The notes under the pieces: model-generated
Databases searched by the model: none
What the model saw: the letters and a program-made list of their open reading frames with translations, nothing else
Told to the model about the DNA's origin: nothing
Shown here: positions 1-7,871 of the stretch, in pieces
How positions within the stretch are numbered: the first letter of the stretch is position 1
Layout of the letters: every line of letters begins with the position of its first letter
NCBI GenBank assembly: GCA_045537735.1
Contig: JAZSPZ010000052.1
Span: forward strand, 14,637-78,636
Origin: Lachnospiraceae bacterium
GTDB taxonomy: Bacteria; Bacillota; Clostridia; Lachnospirales; Lachnospiraceae
Reading direction: 5' to 3'
DNA length: 64,000 bases
Made by a program: the position numbers and the translations under genes

Positions 1-2254
1 CGCTCAATATACGTTCTATATCCGAATCTTCACCAATCACAAATTCCACAATACCCACACTCATTGCAATACGATAAAGTTTATCATTCTGTTCATTCAT
101 ACCTTCAAGAACCGAATGAATTCGTTTTCTAATCGTATCCGGGAAATTATCCTGATTCACAATTGCAAATGCAGCAAATTCATCGCCACCCATTCTGGCT
201 ACCACGTCAGACTGGCGGAAGGACTCTGTTAATGCCTTTGCAATTGTCTTTAATGAATAATCACCCTCATCATGTCCAAATTCATCATTGATAATCTTCA
301 AATTATCCATGTCTGCATAAATTGCAATCGCCTTCTTACCATAGTTTTGTTCATCTTCCAAAACACGTCTTGTAGTATTCAAAAATCCTCTACGATTCAA
401 TACACCTGTCAAATGGTCAGAACGGCTCATTTCATCTAAAACACGATTGTTTGCAACTGTTTCCGCAAGATTCTTTTCTAATTCTTTCTTAATTGCATTC
501 TGCTTCTTAATAATTTCTAATACTTCGATGGAAACACTGACCTGGCTAGCAATCTGAGATGCATATAAAAAGTGTTCCAAACGAGTTTCTGCCATCAATA
601 ATCCATATTGTTCTTCACCAGAGAACATTGGTAATACTAACATATCAAAACGTCTATTCTGTGGTAGCAAAGCATTGGCAAACAATGCACTCGTCTTCAC
701 TCTCTTCTCCTTGCCCTTGTATAAATGCACATCTTCCCCATCATGATATGCTTTGACATACGTCCATTCTGGTGCACACCACCATGCATCACTTTCATGT
801 TCAATACCTCTTCCGTACGTGTAGAGATATCCAGAAGCAAAATTCATTTTTTGGAGTTTGGTAATAACCGTCTCGTACTTCTTCTTTTCTTCCTTTGAGA
901 ACTGCAACATGTCTCGCGTTACACATGACAACGCAATTTCGAAATCCTTATTGGTTTCGCTTTCAACCATCTTCTGTCTGGTAATAACATTCATCAAAGC
1001 ATGATTACCTGCCATCATAGCATGCTGCAAAATCATACGATCCTCTTCACTCTTTATAAGACGATTCAAATACATATGCATATAGTTTGTAATCTTGAAA
1101 AATTGATCTAAATCTGCATATCCATTCAAATAAATCAAACTAAAATCATTATACTGCGCTACAAATTCCTTTTCGTCCAGATTCAATTTGCCCTCTTCAT
1201 CCACAGAATCTATAAAATACGCAAAATATGTTTCAAACAGTTGTTTCATATGAGAAGATTCACTGGTTTCAAAATAAATCTTAAGATACTTGTCATATAT
1301 CTGCTTTTTGAGTTCTTCTGGCGACACTGCAAATAATGCATCCACCTCATCTACATACCCTAGCGTATTCTTGAGTGCACTTTCTCTATTGCTTGATTCG
1401 CGAACGATTAAATGGGAGTCCACCAATTCATGCACTTCTTTGCCTTCCATCAAATCATCGCATGATAATACTGCACGATATGCAATTTCTTTTGTGTCTG
1501 TTCTCACACTGGTCAATCTCGGATTCAAAGATGTTGCAATCGGACTATCATCAAATCCTGTAACCATAATGTCTTTTCCTGGTTCAATTCCCATTTTGCG
1601 CATTGCGCGATATCCACCCATTGCCATATGGTCATTGGCAAACACTATGGCATCCATGTCCGCATGTCTTGTCAACAAATCCGTCACTACTTCTTCACTA
1701 AATTCCGAAAAATTGCCATATACAATCCAATCATCTTCTACCGGAAGATGGTTCTCCTGCATAGCTATACGATAAGCTTCCAGACGCTCTCTCGCATCCT
1801 GACTAGTTTCCACCGGACCACTTACATATCCAATCTTTTTACAATTCTGTTCTCTAATCAAATGATGGACAGCACTCTCCATTCCACTTCTGTTATGGAT
1901 ACAAATGCTGGAATATCCTTCTACTTCCCCTGCAATCAAAACAGTTGGTGTGTCACCCATGTGTTTCAATAATTCTATCTTTTTGTCCTCTTCCATACAA
2001 GAAGTTACGGCACCATATTCCATTACCACCGCATCAAAATCTTTAAATTGCGCATACGAAAACAAGGTATTATATTGGTATCGATAACTATTGGCTTCCA
2101 CATCATCATAACTCGCTCCAATAATACCCGCTGGCATTATGAATAAATTGGCATCCATCTCTTTTGCCGCCAAAAGAGCACCTTCACAGATTGCATATGA
2201 AATTTCGTTTTCAATCATTGCAACAAATAATGCAATGTTTTTTCTTCTTACCAT
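1..2254 (-). CDS. Cytoplasmic LacI/periplasmic-binding-protein-like sensor domain fused to a GGDEF diguanylate cyclase (C-terminal end runs off the window)
   Basis: Absent from the ORF track because no stop codon lies in the window. My own minus-strand translation from ATG 2254-2252 reads MVRRKNIALFVAMIENEISYAICEGALLAAKEMDANLFIMPAG...VFANDHMAMGGYRAMRKMGIEPGKDIMVTGFDDSP. That is a type-1 PBP/LacI-like sugar-binding fold with no signal peptide or TM. It is followed by a ~250-aa middle region, a coiled coil, then DHLTGVLNRRGF...DMDNLKIINDEFGHDEGD...RQSDVVARMGGDEFAAF (intact GGDEF with an RxxD I-site 5 aa upstream). The + strand ORFs listed here are antisense shadows. Confidence 0.8.
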   Translation of the reverse strand, partial: MVRRKNIALFVAMIENEISYAICEGALLAAKEMDANLFIMPAGIIGASYDDVEANSYRYQYNTLFSYAQFKDFDAVVMEYGAVTSCMEEDKKIELLKHMGDTPTVLIAGEVEGYSSICIHNRSGMESAVHHLIREQNCKKIGYVSGPVETSQDARERLEAYRIAMQENHLPVEDDWIVYGNFSEFSEEVVTDLLTRHADMDAIVFANDHMAMGGYRAMRKMGIEPGKDIMVTGFDDSPIATSLNPRLTSVRTDTKEIAYRAVLSCDDLMEGKEVHELVDSHLIVRESSNRESALKNTLGYVDEVDALFAVSPEELKKQIYDKYLKIYFETSESSHMKQLFETYFAYFIDSVDEEGKLNLDEKEFVAQYNDFSLIYLNGYADLDQFFKITNYMHMYLNRLIKSEEDRMILQHAMMAGNHALMNVITRQKMVESETNKDFEIALSCVTRDMLQFSKEEKKKYETVITKLQKMNFASGYLYTYGRGIEHESDAWWCAPEWTYVKAYHDGEDVHLYKGKEKRVKTSALFANALLPQNRRFDMLVLPMFSGEEQYGLLMAETRLEHFLYASQIASQVSVSIEVLEIIKKQNAIKKELEKNLAETVANNRVLDEMSRSDHLTGVLNRRGFLNTTRRVLEDEQNYGKKAIAIYADMDNLKIINDEFGHDEGDYSLKTIAKALTESFRQSDVVARMGGDEFAAFAIVNQDNFPDTIRKRIHSVLEGMNEQNDKLYRIAMSVGIVEFVIGEDSDIERILS

Positions 2255-2344
2255 AATATTACCCCAATGTATGACTATATTTACAAGCATATAATTAATT
2301 ACATTATACCACTTTTCCATAAAAAAACTAGTGAATATTTCTTC

Positions 2345-2381
2345 ACAATAAAACCGGGCAATATCGTTTTGATATCACCCG
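2345..2381 (-). terminator. Rho-independent terminator downstream of htrA
   Basis: On the minus-strand RNA, CGGGUGAUAUC-AAAAC-GAUAUUGCCCG forms an 11-bp stem (two G.U pairs). It is followed by GUUUUAUUGUG and lies 18 nt after the htrA stop. Confidence 0.5.
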
Positions 2382-2398
2382 ATAAATATTTACATTTT

Positions 2399-3892
2399 CT
2401 ACCAATTATTGTAAAAATCACTAAATGGATCAAAAAAATCACCTGGAAAGTATTCATTTGGATTTATTTCTTCTCTATTGTAATTCTCCTGTTCCTGCTG
2501 CTCGGTTGTGGCCTGCTTTTCCTGTTCCGGCATATCTTTTTTGGCTCCTAAAACCACTGTCAAGGTCACCTCTTCATAATCACCTTTTTCAGTATTACGC
2601 TGAACCACCATTTCAATTTCTTCTCCAGCTTTCTTATTTGAAAGAATGTTTTGCAAAACCTCCATACTGGCCACATCACGATTCGCAAACTTCGTAATAA
2701 TATCACCTGCCTTTAAACCTGAACCATCAGCTGGAGAACCTTCAATAATTTTGACAACATATACACCCTTTGGCATATTAAATCCCTGTGCATATTCGTC
2801 TGTTATATCATTACCTTGGATTCCAAGATACCCTTGCTCACTTTCTGCAATCACTTCCTGATTCATCAAATCATTGATAATCGGAATCGCAGTAGATATT
2901 GGTATTGCATAACCCATACCTTCCACTGTACTGTCAACAAACTTAACTGTATTGATTCCAATCACTTCACCATTGGCATTCAATAATGCCCCACCACTAT
3001 TACCTGGATTAATTGCTGCATCAGTTTGCAACAAAGTCATATTGGTATCTTCCACATCAACCTCGCGATTTACTGCACTAATATAGCCTACCGTTACTGA
3101 TTGTCCATAACCCAAAGCATTACCAATTGCAATTGCTGGTTCACCAGCTCTCAAGTTATCAGAAGAACCTAACGCTGCAATTTTAATAGCCGCTAATGTG
3201 TCCGGAGACATATCGGCTGTTTTTACAACAATAACTGCTAAATCAGTAGATGCATCTGCACCTTTTACTGTAGCTTCCACAGCAGTTTCATCAAAAAAAG
3301 CCACTGTAAGTTCACTTGCACCTTCGACAACATGATTATTCGTTGCAATCAGGATTTCTTTATCAGTTTGTCCAATAATAATGCCCGAGCCAGAACCACT
3401 CACCTCCTGCTCATATGATTGAAACCAAGACCGAACTGTCTGTACAGAGGTGTTCGTAATTGCAACTATGGACGGCATAACCGCCTCTGCAACATCCGCA
3501 ACATTATTGGCTGGCGTCTCTATTCCTGTCTTTTCTGCTGTTGCAACAGTATCCACTTCTGTAACAGCATTACCTTTTTCATCACCTAACAGCTTGCTTC
3601 CAAGAGCATTCACGCCAAACATAACTCCGCCAGCAATCAATCCAAACATAATTGCCGAACATATAAACAAGAATACTTTTTTCACTTTCCCACCAGATTG
3701 TTTTTTCTTTTTATCCTTTTTCTTATGGCCATACAAATCTGAATCTTGAAATTCGTCACTTGCCTGTACACCTTGAACATCGCCATTTTCTTTCTGATAT
3801 GTGTCCTGGGAATAATACACTGCCCCCATTGGCTGTGTAGCTTCGTTGTTCTGCATTAACCCCCGATTCACGTTATTTTCGTTTTCCATCAT
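2399..3892 (-). CDS. htrA: HtrA/DegP-family membrane-anchored serine protease (trypsin-like S1C domain plus PDZ)
   Basis: Catalytic triad contexts are TNNHVVEG (His), DLAVIVV (Asp) and GNSGGALLN (Ser). There is an N-terminal disordered Lys-rich segment plus a TM helix (VFLFICSAIMFGLIAGGVMFGV) and a PDZ-like C-terminal domain. The start is moved from the track's 3925 to ATG 3892, which has GGAAGGTGG 5 nt upstream. Confidence 0.9.
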   Translation of the reverse strand: MMENENNVNRGLMQNNEATQPMGAVYYSQDTYQKENGDVQGVQASDEFQDSDLYGHKKKDKKKKQSGGKVKKVFLFICSAIMFGLIAGGVMFGVNALGSKLLGDEKGNAVTEVDTVATAEKTGIETPANNVADVAEAVMPSIVAITNTSVQTVRSWFQSYEQEVSGSGSGIIIGQTDKEILIATNNHVVEGASELTVAFFDETAVEATVKGADASTDLAVIVVKTADMSPDTLAAIKIAALGSSDNLRAGEPAIAIGNALGYGQSVTVGYISAVNREVDVEDTNMTLLQTDAAINPGNSGGALLNANGEVIGINTVKFVDSTVEGMGYAIPISTAIPIINDLMNQEVIAESEQGYLGIQGNDITDEYAQGFNMPKGVYVVKIIEGSPADGSGLKAGDIITKFANRDVASMEVLQNILSNKKAGEEIEMVVQRNTEKGDYEEVTLTVVLGAKKDMPEQEKQATTEQQEQENYNREEINPNEYFPGDFFDPFSDFYNNW

Positions 3893-3959
3893 ATAAACCA
3901 CCTTCCAAAATCTCACATGTCTCAAATGTACTTCATTTGCTCATATATTACCAAGCTTT

Positions 3960-3999
3960 TGTGACTAAAATGTGACTTCTTTGTAGTGAATTTGTGACT
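3960..3999 (-). promoter_or_regulatory. Helically phased TGTGACT direct repeats upstream of htrA (candidate response-regulator site)
   Basis: TGTGACT occurs at 3960-3966, 3971-3977 and 3993-3999, with a degenerate in-phase copy TGTAGTG at 3982-3988. This gives an 11-bp period, 68-107 bp upstream of the htrA ATG. Confidence 0.4.
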
Positions 4000-4270
4000 A
4001 ATAATCTTCTTCTATCACTTGAAAGTCCAAATAGTCAAAATCAATTTCTTCGATAAAACTATCTTGTGTAAAACGCGTCCTTGCATTTTGTATAAAATCC
4101 TTTTTATTCAATTCTAACCAGATTGGTTTTGCCAAATCAAACTCGTAACACATAGTATCTAGCGCTTGATAGACTTTTTGTGTTCTAGAAATAGTATAAT
4201 CTTCTATTTCTACCACTGTATCCTTTATCAATCTGTTTTTCTTTATTATTTTACCCCAAACTCGAAACAT
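3998..4270 (-). CDS. Hypothetical small acidic protein (90 aa)
   Basis: Clean ORF with an AAGGGA SD-like element upstream of the ATG. It fits exactly between the MCP terminator and the htrA promoter region. No motif recognised. Confidence 0.55.
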   Translation of the reverse strand: MFRVWGKIIKKNRLIKDTVVEIEDYTISRTQKVYQALDTMCYEFDLAKPIWLELNKKDFIQNARTRFTQDSFIEEIDFDYLDFQVIEEDY

Positions 4271-4300
4271 AATTGCATCCCTTTCTAAAATTCAATAGCA

Positions 4301-4338
4301 AAAAGTAAAAAAGAGGACTGTTTTCACAGTCCCCCTCT
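4301..4338 (-). terminator. Rho-independent terminator downstream of the MCP gene
   Basis: GGACTG/CAGTCC core stem with partial extension, followed on the minus strand by TTTTTTACTTTT. Confidence 0.5.
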
Positions 4339-4351
4339 CATACATATTATT

Positions 4352-6418
4352 CTATCTTGCTTCATCTGCAAGACTCTCTGGGCTTGGTGGTCTAAAGCCA
4401 CCAGCTTCCTGCATTAAGCTTTCTGGACTTGGTGGAATAAATCCGCTTGACTCTTCCTCAGATTCCTCTTCTGATCCTTCATCCCAACCATCAGAATACT
4501 CTTCGTCAGTTTCCTCGTCTATTTCCATGTCTTCCTCTGGCATCTCTTCTTCCATCGGCTCTTCCATGTCTTCCTCTGGCATCTCTTCTTCCATCGGCTC
4601 TTCCATGTCTTCCTCTGGCATCTCTTCTTCCATCGGCTCTTCCATGTCTTCCTCTGGCATCTCTTCTTCCATTGGCTCTTCCATGTCTTCCTCTGGCATC
4701 TCTTCTTCCATCGACTCTTCCGAATATGCTTCTTCACCCATGAGACTTGCTGGGCTTGGTGGTACGAATCCACTTGGTGCTTCACCCATTAAACTTTCCG
4801 GACTTGGTGGTACAAATCCGCTTGGTGCTTCACTCATCATACTCTCCGGCATAGGAACTCTTGCTCCACTTGGTGAAATCATCATATCTGGACTCGGTGG
4901 CACAAAACCTCCAACTGCTGGTGCCACAGGTTCTGCACTTGCCGCACCATCCATACCTTCCATCTGACTCAGGCTACCAATAATCTCTGCAATTTCATTC
5001 AACTCGGAAATAACGTCGCCCAAATCCTCTAGGTTGCACTCACTTAACTCAGCAGATGATATTGCATTGGCTGCAATCTCTTCACTAGCTGCCTGCTGAT
5101 TTGCCAAGCTATCAATAATTACATTATTACTCTCATGCAAATCATTACTCAATGTATCAAGACTTGTCATGTTGCTATTCAATACTTCAACGACATCAGC
5201 AATACTTCTAAAAGCTGCCGTAACTTCATCAATATATTCCGCCTGTGCATCAGATGCCTGAACGGAATTCATAACCAAAGCCGTGGTCTGATCTGCAAGC
5301 TTTGTAACACCTTGTAGCAAATCTGTAATTTTATCGATGGACTGTTTCGTATTATCTGCGAGCTTACGAATTTCATCAGCAACAACAGAGAAACCTCTTC
5401 CTGCTTCACCAGCTCTCGCAGCTTCAATAGATGCATTTAACGCGAGCAAATTAGTCTGGGATGAAACTTGGTAAATAATCTGTGTAATCTCTTCTGCTGA
5501 ACTAATCTTTTCCTGTAATTCATGTGCAACTTCTGTAACACTTTGGTTCGCAACAGAGATCGCATCTGATTTCTCTTTCAACTGTTCAACTAACTGTCCA
5601 CCAGATTCTGTTGCCGCTACAGCTTCTTTTGCTGAATCTAAAGTATGATCCTTCACACGAATCAAATTATCAATAACACTCTGAATCTGTGCTGTCATGC
5701 TTGTCTGATTCTCCATGTCGCGAACCGTTCCGTTAACACCTTGAGAAATTGCGTCTACACTACGAGCAACCTCCTCTGTTGCATCATGAAAACCATCCAA
5801 CTTAGACTGCAGCAATTCTATATGTTGATTACCCTTCTCTACAACATCAACCATATTCTGGGTTATTTCTTCCTGGTACATTAAATGATACTTAATTTCT
5901 TGTTGATCTGTCTGTTGTTCACGAACAACATTCTCTGCTGTTAAGTAGAGACAATATGTCATAACAGCAAAAATAATAACGGCTAAAAGCCATGCCAAAC
6001 CCATGTCCGAATCTTTGCCGACAAAGAACACGATTGCTCTTATCAGCATTAGTATATCCATAATTCCTGCACATATCAAAGTAAATGTAGTCTCAAGATA
6101 TAACAACGTTGCAACCAGTACAGCACAAAATGGAATCATGTCATATATGTTACCATGATTAAATACTGAAATTGCCGCTGTAAAAATAACACTTCCACAT
6201 GCAATAAATCTAACCAATTCACTATCTGACAAAAACATATTCATTGCAAAACAACCCGCTGCCACTAGTACACACAAAACAATCTGCGTAATCATCCAAC
6301 CAGTACTGGCAACTGAACCTTTATCAATAATTGTTAAGATTAAGCGCAATACTGAGATAATAATCATAATCTTCAATATTGTCTCATTCTTTCTTCGTAA
6401 TCTTACTGTATTCTCCAT
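4352..6418 (-). CDS. Methyl-accepting chemotaxis protein with a polytopic membrane N-terminus and a long repetitive acidic/proline-rich C-terminal tail
   Basis: MCP signalling hairpin signature [34 protein letters not shown]. The N-terminal ~170 aa appear to be about six TM helices with no obvious periplasmic domain or HAMP. The last ~200 aa are low complexity (see repeat feature). Confidence 0.9.
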   Translation of the reverse strand: MENTVRLRRKNETILKIMIIISVLRLILTIIDKGSVASTGWMITQIVLCVLVAAGCFAMNMFLSDSELVRFIACGSVIFTAAISVFNHGNIYDMIPFCAVLVATLLYLETTFTLICAGIMDILMLIRAIVFFVGKDSDMGLAWLLAVIIFAVMTYCLYLTAENVVREQQTDQQEIKYHLMYQEEITQNMVDVVEKGNQHIELLQSKLDGFHDATEEVARSVDAISQGVNGTVRDMENQTSMTAQIQSVIDNLIRVKDHTLDSAKEAVAATESGGQLVEQLKEKSDAISVANQSVTEVAHELQEKISSAEEITQIIYQVSSQTNLLALNASIEAARAGEAGRGFSVVADEIRKLADNTKQSIDKITDLLQGVTKLADQTTALVMNSVQASDAQAEYIDEVTAAFRSIADVVEVLNSNMTSLDTLSNDLHESNNVIIDSLANQQAASEEIAANAISSAELSECNLEDLGDVISELNEIAEIIGSLSQMEGMDGAASAEPVAPAVGGFVPPSPDMMISPSGARVPMPESMMSEAPSGFVPPSPESLMGEAPSGFVPPSPASLMGEEAYSEESMEEEMPEEDMEEPMEEEMPEEDMEEPMEEEMPEEDMEEPMEEEMPEEDMEEPMEEEMPEEDMEIDEETDEEYSDGWDEGSEEESEEESSGFIPPSPESLMQEAGGFRPPSPESLADEAR
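4525..4719 (-). repeat. In-frame 39-bp tandem repeat, 5 copies, inside the MCP gene
   Basis: The unit ccatgtcttcctctggcatctcttcttccatcggctctt starts at 4525, 4564, 4603, 4642 and 4681. Only two substitutions are seen (att/atc at 4671-4673; cga/cgg at 4712-4714). It encodes ([13 protein letters not shown])x5. Confidence 0.95.
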
Positions 6419-6530
6419 AATGCACTCCTCCGATTCGACATTTTAGCCACAAAATCCCATATAATACGTCAATTATATCACATTTGCAAAAAACAATCTA
6501 TCACTATCAACTCAATCAAACGCACAAAAA

Positions 6531-6574
6531 AAAGAAAGATATTTTGTGCACTTAGCACAACATCTTTCTTTTTT
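6531..6574 (-). terminator. Rho-independent terminator downstream of the dehydratase-like gene
   Basis: GAAAGAT..TTGTGC / GCACAA..ATCTTTC hairpin flanked by an A-run and a T-run. On the minus strand it is followed by TTTTTTTTGTGCG. Confidence 0.65.
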
Positions 6575-6597
6575 GACACAATATCATGTGTTTTTCA

Positions 6598-7869
6598 TCA
6601 CTGTTCCCTAGCAACGGCCAACATTAACTTAATACGATTTTCTTGATTTACCTTTGTTGCACCTGGATCATAATCAATTGGCACAATGTTCGCTGAAGGA
6701 TAAATTTCTTTTATTTTGCGAATCATACCTTTACCCACAATATGATTTGGCAGACATCCAAACGGCTGAGCGCAGACAATGTTACCATATCCGGATTCCG
6801 CTAATTCTAACATCTCCGCAGTTAACAACCAACCTTCACCCATCTTATTACCTAAGCCTACAACACCTGTAATCAATTCCTTGATATGCGCATATTTTGC
6901 TGGAGGTGTGAAATCACTATATTGGGAAACGCAATCATACAGCATACCTTCCAGTTTCTCGCAATATTTCATAAGAATCTGAATGGCTTTTTTCTTTGCC
7001 AAATTACCACCATATAGATTAATATCCTCAATACGATTATCAATCTTAAACATCATGAATCCCATCACACCAGGAACCATCACCTCGCAATCCTGGCTAA
7101 CAAGAAATTCCTCTAAATCATTATTGGCCATAGAGGAATATTTCACATAAATTTCTCCCACAATACCTACTTTGGTTTTTTCAGTCCTCTTCACTGGAAT
7201 CTTGGCAAAATCCTCGACAATTGCCTTCATGTTCTTTTCCATACCCTTTGGCGTATAACCCTTACGTTGCTTAAACTGATTAGAAAGCTCCTTAACCCAT
7301 TTTGCAATCAATGCATCGGCATCGCCTTTGTTCACTTCGTAAGAACGAACTTGGTTTTTTAAGAGCATAAACAAATCCCCATATGTCAAGCCAATCAATG
7401 CTTGGTATAACATTTCCAGCGTCAAAGAAAAGCCACTGTTGCTTTCCAAACCAGAAATATTCAGAGATATAACCGGAACATGACCCAACCCTGCTTTTTG
7501 CAAAGCTTTACGCAACAAGTGAATATAATTAGATGCACGACATCCACCACCAGTCTGTGTAATCATAAGTGCAACTTTGCTTACATCATATTTTCCACTC
7601 TGCAAAGCACTAATCATCTGACCAATTACTAATAGTGCCGGATAGCAAGTATCATTATGCACATATTTCAACCCGGTATCTATTACTTTACGTCCTGTGT
7701 TTTTTAATAATCCCACACGATAACCATGCTGTGTCAACACATTACGAATCAACTTGAAGTGAACTGGTAACATATCAGGAATCAGAATCGTATAGTCTTT
7801 TCTCATTTCCTTTGTAAATTCGATTCTCTGACTACTTATGATTGCATTTTGTTCATTCATTTCACTCAT
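6598..7869 (-). CDS. 2-hydroxyacyl-CoA dehydratase / benzoyl-CoA reductase-subunit-like protein (activase-associated partner)
   Basis: 423 aa. Cys contexts NDTCYPALL, TGGGCRASNY and CAQPFGCLPNH are typical of this Fe-S family as I recall it. The start lies 3 nt after the stop of the upstream activase gene. Confidence 0.6.
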   Translation of the reverse strand: MSEMNEQNAIISSQRIEFTKEMRKDYTILIPDMLPVHFKLIRNVLTQHGYRVGLLKNTGRKVIDTGLKYVHNDTCYPALLVIGQMISALQSGKYDVSKVALMITQTGGGCRASNYIHLLRKALQKAGLGHVPVISLNISGLESNSGFSLTLEMLYQALIGLTYGDLFMLLKNQVRSYEVNKGDADALIAKWVKELSNQFKQRKGYTPKGMEKNMKAIVEDFAKIPVKRTEKTKVGIVGEIYVKYSSMANNDLEEFLVSQDCEVMVPGVMGFMMFKIDNRIEDINLYGGNLAKKKAIQILMKYCEKLEGMLYDCVSQYSDFTPPAKYAHIKELITGVVGLGNKMGEGWLLTAEMLELAESGYGNIVCAQPFGCLPNHIVGKGMIRKIKEIYPSANIVPIDYDPGATKVNQENRIKLMLAVAREQ

Positions 7870-7871
7870 GA

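Noticed and set aside
1290-1972. + strand ORFs of 161, 62 and 114 aa (also 559-756 and 1905-2087) in the first 2.2 kb
   Set aside because: They lie antisense to a continuous, motif-rich minus-strand reading frame (PBP-GGDEF protein). They are Ser/Leu/Ile-rich with no SD and no recognisable motif. They are shadow ORFs.
4525-4719. Possible CRISPR-like array (regular 39-bp repeats)
   Set aside because: The units are directly contiguous with no spacers, are a multiple of 3, and lie in-frame inside a gene. No cas genes are nearby.
4447-4967. Three overlapping ORFs (98, 88 and 146 aa) in alternative frames and strands across the MCP repeat region
   Set aside because: They are artefacts of the 39-bp in-frame tandem repeat, which keeps all frames open. 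The MCP frame is continuous with a bona fide signalling domain.
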